Virus record (IMG/VR): IMGVR_UViG_2695420859_000017
Origin: a virus
Lineage: Duplodnaviria; Heunggongvirae; Uroviricota; Caudoviricetes
DNA length: 9,321 bases
Strand: one strand, 5' to 3'
Shown: in pieces, positions 1 through 6,588 of the stretch
How the letters are laid out: every line of letters starts with the position of its first letter
Position numbering within the stretch: position 1 is the first letter of the stretch
The notes under the pieces: model-generated
The model's database searches: none
The model's input: only the letters and a program-made list of their open reading frames with translations
What the model was told of the DNA's origin: nothing
Made by a program: the position numbers and the translations under genes

Positions 1-769
1 TGTTTTTCAGGCGGGTGAATGCCTGACTGGTTTCATCCGCCCTGTCAGTCACATCCTGCTTAAGTGCGGAAAAGGCAGTTTCCATCTCAGCGAGGCGCTG
101 CTCAGTGGCGCTCAGTTTTTCCTGCACATGTTCAGCGACAGCGGTCACCGCTTCATGCACGTCATTCAGACGGGCGTCATCGCTGGCCTGTTTGCGGCCA
201 AAAATGGATTTCACCTTTTCGGTCAGGGCGGTGAACACGGTTTCAGGCAGGTCTTCAAATTCCAGCTCAACGGGCGTTGCCACTGAAATCAGGTTTTCAG
301 GGCTTAATTTGAAGCGGTTCAGGGGGTTGTGTTTTGCCGTGCGGCAGAATTCCAGGTATTCCGTGCCGAGGCTTGCCGGGTCATCGGTGACAGCCAGCCC
401 CACCAGATAACATTTGCCGGTATTGGCAAAGTTCGGCTGAATTTCCATTGAGGTGTAGACCTTCTGCGCGGCCTTGTTCATCGCGATAAGGTCATCGGTC
501 GGGGTGATTTTCGCAAACAGCGCCCATTTGCCTTTCAGCGCCGAATCGTCATCAATCTTTTCGGCCTTCAGTTCGGCCACATCGCCATAACGTTTAAAAA
601 TACCGTCAGGCAGGATGCCGCGCAGATGTTCCAGGTTAATGCGGCAACCATAGACACGCGGGTCAAAGGTTTCCGCCATTTCCTGAATATCCTGCGCACT
701 GATGACACGCCCGTCACAGGTGTCACCCTCAACGCCGATACGAAAGAATTTTGAGACTTTTTTTGCCAT
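1..769 (-). CDS. O: Capsid scaffolding protein GpO, partial (start codon at 767..769; 3' end lies beyond the window start)
   Basis: Reverse complement of 700..769 translates MAKKVSKFFRIGVEGDTCDGRVIS, which I recognise as the N-terminus of P2 GpO. The frame is open to position 1. It is absent from the ORF track because its stop is outside the window. It is divergent from the terminase gene, as in P2. Confidence 0.85.
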   Translation of the reverse strand, partial: MAKKVSKFFRIGVEGDTCDGRVISAQDIQEMAETFDPRVYGCRINLEHLRGILPDGIFKRYGDVAELKAEKIDDDSALKGKWALFAKITPTDDLIAMNKAAQKVYTSMEIQPNFANTGKCYLVGLAVTDDPASLGTEYLEFCRTAKHNPLNRFKLSPENLISVATPVELEFEDLPETVFTALTEKVKSIFGRKQASDDARLNDVHEAVTAVAEHVQEKLSATEQRLAEMETAFSALKQDVTDRADETSQAFTRLKN

Positions 770-806
770 TGTCAGGAGTCCTGAATAGTGATTAGAGGAG
801 TCACAT

Positions 807-826
807 GTCGGCATCAGTTTCCCGAC
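807..826. promoter_or_regulatory. Dyad GTCGG-N10-CCGAC in the divergent O/P intergenic region; possible activator or operator site for the late promoters
   Basis: Seen directly: 5-bp perfect inverted repeat with a 10-bp spacer, between the O start (769) and P start (943). It does not match the TGT-N12-ACA spacing that I recall for Ogr-dependent late promoters, so function is unassigned. Confidence 0.2.
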
Positions 827-942
827 GATGCGCATCCTCCGCCATCAGTCCCGGATGGCTTATCGCTGACACAACAGCACCTTAGCGAATCGCGGGGCGC
901 GACTCAGTAGCCTTGCCGTGTATTCATCACGGCGAGGTATTC

Positions 943-2715
943 ATGACCATCACCACAGACACCACTCTTTTACACGACCCGCGTCGTCAGGCGGCGCTGC
1001 TGTACTGGCAGGGGTTTTCCGTGCCGCAGATTGCCGCCATGTTGCAGATGAAACGCCCGACGGTGCAGAGCTGGAAACAGCGCGACGGCTGGGACAGCGT
1101 TGCCCCCATCAGCCGTGTCGAAATGAGCCTGGAAGCGCGGCTGACCCAGCTCATCATCAAACCGCAGAAAACCGGCGGTGACTTCAAGGAAATTGACCTG
1201 CTCGGACGCCAGATTGAACGACTGGCACGGGTAAACCGCTACAGTCAGACCGGCAACGAGGCAGACCTTAATCCGAACGTCGCTAACCGCAACAAAGGCG
1301 AGCGTCGCAAACCGAAAAAGAATTTTTTCAGTGACGAAGCCATCGAAAAGCTGGAGCAGATTTTCTTTGAGCAGTCTTTCGACTATCAGTTGCACTGGTA
1401 TCGCGCCGGGCTTGAGCACCGCATCCGCGATATACTGAAATCCCGCCAGATTGGCGCAACGTTTTATTTTTCCCGCGAGGCGCTGCTGCGCGCCCTGAAA
1501 ACCGGCCATAACCAGATTTTTCTGTCGGCCAGTAAAACGCAGGCGTATGTGTTCCGCGAATACATCATCGCCTTTGCCCGTCTGGTTGACGTTGACCTGA
1601 CCGGTGACCCGATTGTCCTGGGCAATAACGGCGCAAAACTAATTTTTCTCGGCACCAACTCCAACACCGCGCAGAGCCATAACGGCGACCTGTACGTCGA
1701 CGAGATTTTCTGGATCCCGAATTTTCAGGTACTGCGTAAGGTGGCATCAGGTATGGCCTCACAGAGTCACCTGCGCTCGACCTATTTCTCCACCCCGTCC
1801 ACGCTGGCGCACGACGCCTACCCGTTCTGGTCAGGTGAACTGTTCAACCGGGGACGCGCCAGCGCCGCCGAACGCGTGGAAATCGACGTCAGTCATAACG
1901 CCCTTGCCGGTGGTCTTCTCTGTGCGGACGGCCAGTGGCGGCAGATTGTCACCATTGAGGATGCCCTGAAAGGTGGCTGCACACTGTTCGACATTGAGCA
2001 GCTCAAACGTGAAAACAGCGCCGACGATTTTAAAAACCTGTTCATGTGTGAATTTGTTGACGACAAGGCGTCGGTGTTCCCGTTCGAGGAGCTGCAACGC
2101 TGCATGGTCGACACGCTGGAAGAATGGGAAGACTATGCGCCGTTTGCCGCCAATCCGTTCGGCTCACGTCCGGTATGGATTGGTTACGACCCGTCACACC
2201 GTGGCGACAGTGCCGGATGCGTGGTGCTGGCACCGCCGGTGGTGGCCGGTGGCAAATTCAGAATACTTGAGCGTCACCAGTGGAAAGGCATGGACTTTGC
2301 CACCCAGGCTGAATCCATCCGCAAACTCACCGAAAAATACAACGTCGAATACATCGGAATTGATGCCACCGGCCTCGGTGTCGGCGTGTTCCAGCTCGTT
2401 CGCTCGTTCTATCCCGCCGCGCGCGATATCCGCTACACGCCGGAAATGAAAACCGCAATGGTGCTCAAGGCAAAAGACGTTATTCGCCGTGGCTGTCTGG
2501 AATATGACGTCAGCGCCACCGACATCACCAGCTCGTTTATGGCTATCCGCAAGACCATGACCAGCAGCGGACGCAGCGCCACCTATGAGGCCAGCCGCAG
2601 CGAGGAAGCCAGCCACGCCGACCTCGCCTGGGCGACCATGCACGCCCTGTTAAATGAGCCACTCACCGCCGGTATCAGCACCCCGCTGACATCCACCATT
2701 CTGGAGTTTTACTGA
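943..2715 (+). CDS. P: Terminase large (ATPase) subunit GpP
   Basis: 590-codon ORF beginning MTITTDTTLLHDPRRQAALLYWQGFSVPQIAAMLQMKRPTVQSWKQRDGWD, recognised as P2-family GpP. ATG at 943 follows GAGG at 933..936; the ORF-track start at 913 is an upstream TTG and less likely. Stop TGA overlaps the next ATG (ATGA at 2715..2718). Confidence 0.9.
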   Translation: MTITTDTTLLHDPRRQAALLYWQGFSVPQIAAMLQMKRPTVQSWKQRDGWDSVAPISRVEMSLEARLTQLIIKPQKTGGDFKEIDLLGRQIERLARVNRYSQTGNEADLNPNVANRNKGERRKPKKNFFSDEAIEKLEQIFFEQSFDYQLHWYRAGLEHRIRDILKSRQIGATFYFSREALLRALKTGHNQIFLSASKTQAYVFREYIIAFARLVDVDLTGDPIVLGNNGAKLIFLGTNSNTAQSHNGDLYVDEIFWIPNFQVLRKVASGMASQSHLRSTYFSTPSTLAHDAYPFWSGELFNRGRASAAERVEIDVSHNALAGGLLCADGQWRQIVTIEDALKGGCTLFDIEQLKRENSADDFKNLFMCEFVDDKASVFPFEELQRCMVDTLEEWEDYAPFAANPFGSRPVWIGYDPSHRGDSAGCVVLAPPVVAGGKFRILERHQWKGMDFATQAESIRKLTEKYNVEYIGIDATGLGVGVFQLVRSFYPAARDIRYTPEMKTAMVLKAKDVIRRGCLEYDVSATDITSSFMAIRKTMTSSGRSATYEASRSEEASHADLAWATMHALLNEPLTAGISTPLTSTILEFY

Positions 2716-3872
2716 TGAGCAAGAAAAAAGGGAAAACACCGCAACCTGCGGCAAAAACAATGATCGCCAGCGCCCCGAAAATGGAGGCATTCACCTTTGG
2801 CGAGCCGGTACCGGTACTCGACCGCCGTGACATTCTTGATTACGTCGAATGCATCAGTAACGGCAGATGGTATGAGCCACCGGTCAGCTTTACCGGTCTG
2901 GCAAAAAGCCTGCGTGCCGCCGTGCATCACAGCTCCCCGATTTACGTCAAACGCAATATTCTGGCCTCGACATTTATCCCGCATCCGTGGCTTTCACAAC
3001 AGGATTTCAGCCGCTTTGTGCTGGATTTTCTGGTGTTCGGTAATGCGTTTCTGGAAAAGCGTTACAGCACCACCGGTAAGGTCATCAGACTGGAAACCTC
3101 ACCGGCAAAATATACCCGCCGTGGTGTGGAAGAGGATGTTTACTGGTGGGTGCCGTCCTTCAACGAGCCGACAGCCTTCACGCCCGGCTCCGTGTTTCAC
3201 CTGCTGGAGCCGGATATTAATCAGGAGCTGTACGGCCTGCCGGAATATCTCAGCGCCCTTAATTCTGCCTGGCTGAATGAGTCGGCCACGCTGTTTCGCC
3301 GCAAGTATTACGAAAACGGTGCTCATGCCGGATATATCATGTACGTCACTGATGCCGTGCAGGATCGCAACGATATCGAAATGCTTCGCGAAAACATGGT
3401 TAAGTCGAAAGGCCGCAACAACTTTAAAAATCTGTTTCTCTATGCCCCACAGGGGAAAGCCGACGGCATTAAAATTATCCCGCTCAGTGAAGTGGCAACG
3501 AAGGACGATTTTTTTAATATCAAAAAAGCCAGCGCCGCAGACCTGCTGGACGCGCACCGCATCCCTTTTCAGTTGATGGGCGGCAAGCCGGAGAACGTCG
3601 GGTCGCTGGGTGATATTGAGAAAGTGGCAAAGGTCTTTGTACGCCGTGGCTGTCTGGAATATGACGTCAGCGCCACCGACATCACCAGCTCGTTTATGGC
3701 TATCCGCAAGACCATGACCAGCAGCGGACGCAGCGCCACCTATGAGGCCAGCCGCAGCGAGGAAGCCAGCCACGCCGACCTCGCCTGGGCGACCATGCAC
3801 GCCCTGTTAAATGAGCCACTCACCGCCGGTATCAGCACCCCGCTGACATCCACCATTCTGGAGTTTTACTGA
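2715..3872 (+). pseudogene. Chimeric ORF: portal (GpQ) N-terminal ~309 codons fused in frame to a duplicated terminase C-terminal 76 codons
   Basis: Residues 1 to ~309 match the full portal copy at 4916..5935. From about nt 3642 the sequence shows no differences on visual comparison from terminase 2485..2715 (RRGCLEYDVSATDITSSFMAIRK...STILEFY), ending at a second copy of the P-stop/Q-start overlap. Confidence 0.55.
3642..3872 (+). repeat. Duplicate copy of the terminase 3' end (equals 2485..2715)
   Basis: Visual base-by-base comparison of 3642..3872 with 2485..2715 found no differences, including the terminal tactgATGagc junction. Confidence 0.8.
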
Positions 3873-4271
3873 TGAGCAAGAAAAAAGGGAAAACACCGCA
3901 ACCTGCGGCAAAAAAAATGACCGCCAGCACCCCGAAAATGGAGGCATTCACCTTTGGCGAGCCGGTGCCGGTACTCGACCGCCGTGACATTCTGGATTAC
4001 GTCGAATGCATCAGTAACGGCAGATGGTATGAGCCACCGGTCAGCTTTACCGGTCTGGCAAAAAGCCTGCGTGCTGCCGTGCATCACAGCTCACCGATTT
4101 ACGTCAAACGCAATATTCTGGCGTCGACATTTATCCCGCATCCGTGGCTTTCCCAGCAGGATTTCAGCCGCTTTGTGCTGGATTTTCTGGTGTTCGGTAA
4201 TGCGTTTCTGGAAAAGCGTTACAGCACCACCGGTAAAGTTATCAGGCTGGAAACCTCACCGGCAAAATATA
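3872..4271 (+). pseudogene. Portal (GpQ) 5' fragment, ~133 codons, diverged allele
   Basis: Begins MSKKKGKTPQPAAKKMTASTPKMEAF and tracks the portal to ...ETSPAKY. It differs from the other two copies by scattered single-base changes (KTMIASAP becomes KKMTASTP, plus apparently synonymous changes). After ~4271 the portal frame runs into unrelated sequence and stops at 4471. Confidence 0.55.
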
Positions 4272-4916
4272 TCGGTGTTCCCGTTCGAGGAGCTGCAACG
4301 CTGCATGGTCGACACGCTGGAAGAATGGGAAGACTATGCACCCTTTGCCGCCAATCCGTTCGGCTCCCGCCCGGTATGGATTGGTTACGACCCGTCACAC
4401 CGTGGCGACAGCGCCGGATGCGTGGTGCTGGCACCGCCGGTGGTGGCCGGTGGCAAATTCAGAATACTTGAGCGTCACCAGTGGAAAGGCATGGACTTTG
4501 CCACCCAGGCGGAATCCATCCGCAAACTCACCGAAAAATACAACGTCGAATACATCGGTATTGATGCCACCGGCCTCGGTGTCGGCGTGTTCCAGCTCGT
4601 GCGCTCGTTCTATCCTGCCGCGCGCGACATCCGCTACACGCCGGAAATGAAAACCGCAATGGTGCTCAAGGCAAAAGACGTTATCCGCCGTGGCTGTCTG
4701 GAATACGACGTCAGCGCCACCGACATCACCAGCTCGTTTATGGCTATCCGTAAGACCATGACCAGCAGCGGACGCAGCGCCACCTATGAGGCCAGCCGCA
4801 GCGAGGAAGCCAGCCACGCCGACCTCGCCTGGGCGACCATGCACGCCCTGTTAAATGAGCCACTCACCGCCGGTATCAGCACCCCGCTGACATCCACCAT
4901 TCTGGAGTTTTACTGA
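4272..4916 (+). pseudogene. Terminase (GpP) 3' fragment, ~214 codons, diverged allele, out of frame with the preceding portal fragment
   Basis: 4272..4916 corresponds to terminase 2071..2715 (VFPFEELQRCMVDTLEEWEDYAPFAANPF ... STILEFY) with several apparently synonymous single-base differences. It lies in a different frame from the portal fragment upstream; the ORF-track entry 3954..4916 is this frame reading backwards by chance. Confidence 0.55.
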
Positions 4917-5935
4917 TGAGCAAGAAAAAAGGGAAAACACCGCAACCTGCGGCAAAAACAATGATCGCCAGCGCCCCGAAAATGGAGGCATTCACCTTTG
5001 GCGAGCCGGTACCGGTACTCGACCGCCGTGACATTCTTGATTACGTCGAATGCATCAGTAACGGCAGATGGTATGAGCCACCGGTCAGCTTTACCGGTCT
5101 GGCAAAAAGCCTGCGTGCCGCCGTGCATCACAGCTCCCCGATTTACGTCAAACGCAATATTCTGGCCTCGACATTTATCCCGCATCCGTGGCTTTCACAA
5201 CAGGATTTCAGCCGCTTTGTGCTGGATTTTCTGGTGTTCGGTAATGCGTTTCTGGAAAAGCGTTACAGCACCACCGGTAAGGTCATCAGACTGGAAACCT
5301 CACCGGCAAAATATACCCGCCGTGGTGTGGAAGAGGATGTTTACTGGTGGGTGCCGTCCTTCAACGAGCCGACAGCCTTCGCGCCCGGCTCCGTGTTTCA
5401 CCTGCTGGAGCCGGATATTAATCAGGAACTGTACGGCCTGCCGGAATATCTCAGCGCCCTTAACTCTGCCTGGCTGAATGAGTCGGCCACGCTGTTCCGC
5501 CGCAAGTATTACGAAAATGGCGCACATGCCGGATACATCATGTACGTCACTGATGCCGTGCAGGACCGCAACGATATCGAAATGCTTCGCGAAAACATGG
5601 TCAAGTCGAAAGGCCGCAACAACTTTAAAAATCTGTTTCTCTATGCCCCACAGGGAAAAGCCGACGGCATTAAAATTATCCCGCTCAGTGAAGTGGCGAC
5701 GAAGGACGATTTTTTTAATATCAAAAAAGCCAGCGCGGAAGATCTAATGAGTGCCCATCGAGTCCCCCCGCAAATGATGGGGATGATGCCTAATAATGCG
5801 GGAGGATTTGGCGATGTAGTTAAAGCGGCTAAAGTTTTTGTCAGGAATGAGTTAGGGCATCTACAATCGCGAATGAAGGAATTGAACTCATGGATAGGTG
5901 AAACAGTTATAACATTTAACAATTACTCGTTATAA
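4916..5935 (+). CDS. Q: Portal protein GpQ, full length (339 aa), with a diverged AT-rich 3' end
   Basis: ORF starting MSKKKGKTPQPAAKTMIASAPKMEAFTFGEPVPVLDRRDILDYVECISNGRWYEPP, recognised as the P2-family portal. ATG overlaps the stop of the preceding terminase-derived segment. It is the only copy with a portal-type C-terminus and stop. Confidence 0.85.
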   Translation: MSKKKGKTPQPAAKTMIASAPKMEAFTFGEPVPVLDRRDILDYVECISNGRWYEPPVSFTGLAKSLRAAVHHSSPIYVKRNILASTFIPHPWLSQQDFSRFVLDFLVFGNAFLEKRYSTTGKVIRLETSPAKYTRRGVEEDVYWWVPSFNEPTAFAPGSVFHLLEPDINQELYGLPEYLSALNSAWLNESATLFRRKYYENGAHAGYIMYVTDAVQDRNDIEMLRENMVKSKGRNNFKNLFLYAPQGKADGIKIIPLSEVATKDDFFNIKKASAEDLMSAHRVPPQMMGMMPNNAGGFGDVVKAAKVFVRNELGHLQSRMKELNSWIGETVITFNNYSL

Positions 5936-5941
5936 ACCCTG

Positions 5942-5965
5942 CAGGCTTTGGCTCACCAAAGCCTG
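5942..5965. terminator. Hairpin between the convergent portal gene and the cargo operon (10-bp perfect stem CAGGCTTTGG / CCAAAGCCTG, 4-nt loop)
   Basis: Seen directly. Lies in the 35-bp gap between the Q stop (5935) and the minus-strand stop at 5971. No strong T-tract on either side, so intrinsic-terminator strength is uncertain. Confidence 0.45.
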
Positions 5966-5970
5966 TAAGA

Positions 5971-6588
5971 TCAAGCAGATAGGCAAAACGTTTCTGTTTG
6001 CCCCAAGTGTTCAAACACAGTAATCGATGTTACTTTTCCGGCACTTATTTTGTTAAGGAACTTCAATATTTGTTGAGGCTCCTCCATGACTGCTGTTTTC
6101 TTGATTATAAATCCCTCAAGATTTTTCAAGCTGTATCGCTGACTTGAGTTCTCAAGAGCAGCAATCATTGCCGAACTGCGCATATCTCTATGTCCACTAG
6201 CTCTACAAACGACAGCATAATTTAAATTAAGCTCTACAAAATTTTGCCTTGTCAACTCTGGAAGGTGTTTACATACAAAATGAAATAAAGTCGTAACACC
6301 TTCATGTATTTTCAACCTTATATCATCCTTTTGTGAACGTCCTTCTTTAAATTCAATGAAGTACAATTTATCTTCATATAAAAATAAAGCATCCGGTGAT
6401 TTTTCTTTAAACTCACGCTTATAAACAGGCGAGCAATTTAACACCGTATCATAGTTAAAGCCCTTCGAATCACAAATAATAAAATTCCGAGCCCCTGCAT
6501 CATTGTAGCTTAATCCGGTTACATCAACCATTGAATCAGGGTATACTTCACACAGTTTTCTAAAAACAAGTTCCTCATTAGAAATCAT
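5971..6588 (-). CDS. Hypothetical 205-aa protein, second gene of the cargo operon; family not recognised; possible PD-(D/E)xK-like nuclease motifs
   Basis: ATG at 6586..6588 is preceded by AGGAG (reverse complement of 6596..6600) at 7-nt spacing and overlaps the upstream gene by 11 nt (ATGATTTCTAA). Strongly AT-rich. Contains FIICD (res 36-40) and LFLYEDK / FIEFK (res 68-81), which could be PD-(D/E)xK motifs II and III; this is inference only. Confidence 0.7.
   Translation of the reverse strand: MISNEELVFRKLCEVYPDSMVDVTGLSYNDAGARNFIICDSKGFNYDTVLNCSPVYKREFKEKSPDALFLYEDKLYFIEFKEGRSQKDDIRLKIHEGVTTLFHFVCKHLPELTRQNFVELNLNYAVVCRASGHRDMRSSAMIAALENSSQRYSLKNLEGFIIKKTAVMEEPQQILKFLNKISAGKVTSITVFEHLGQTETFCLSA

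Noticed and set aside
105-410. Plus-strand ORF of 101 aa
   Set aside because: Lies entirely antisense within the scaffold gene O, whose product is recognisable; serine/alanine-rich translation typical of a spurious frame in GC-rich coding DNA.
770-942. Ogr-type TGT-N12-ACA late promoter element
   Set aside because: Checked every TGT in the interval (770, 806, 919); none has ACA at the required spacing.
3954-4916. 320-aa ORF in the track
   Set aside because: Its C-terminal ~214 residues are the duplicated terminase tail; the N-terminal part is the terminase frame running backwards by chance through the portal fragment. Treated as a pseudogene fragment, not a gene.
970-5922. Numerous minus-strand and off-frame plus-strand ORFs (e.g. 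970..1509, 2194..2643, 3099..3800, 4395..4844, 2797..3276, 4998..5477)
   Set aside because: All overlap the terminase and portal coding frames and recur identically in each repeat copy. They are open by chance in GC-rich sequence and have no start-site signals.
5971-6588. Partner protein as a Septu PtuB-like HNH nuclease
   Set aside because: No CxxC pairs or recognisable H-N-H spacing among its six cysteines and few histidines.
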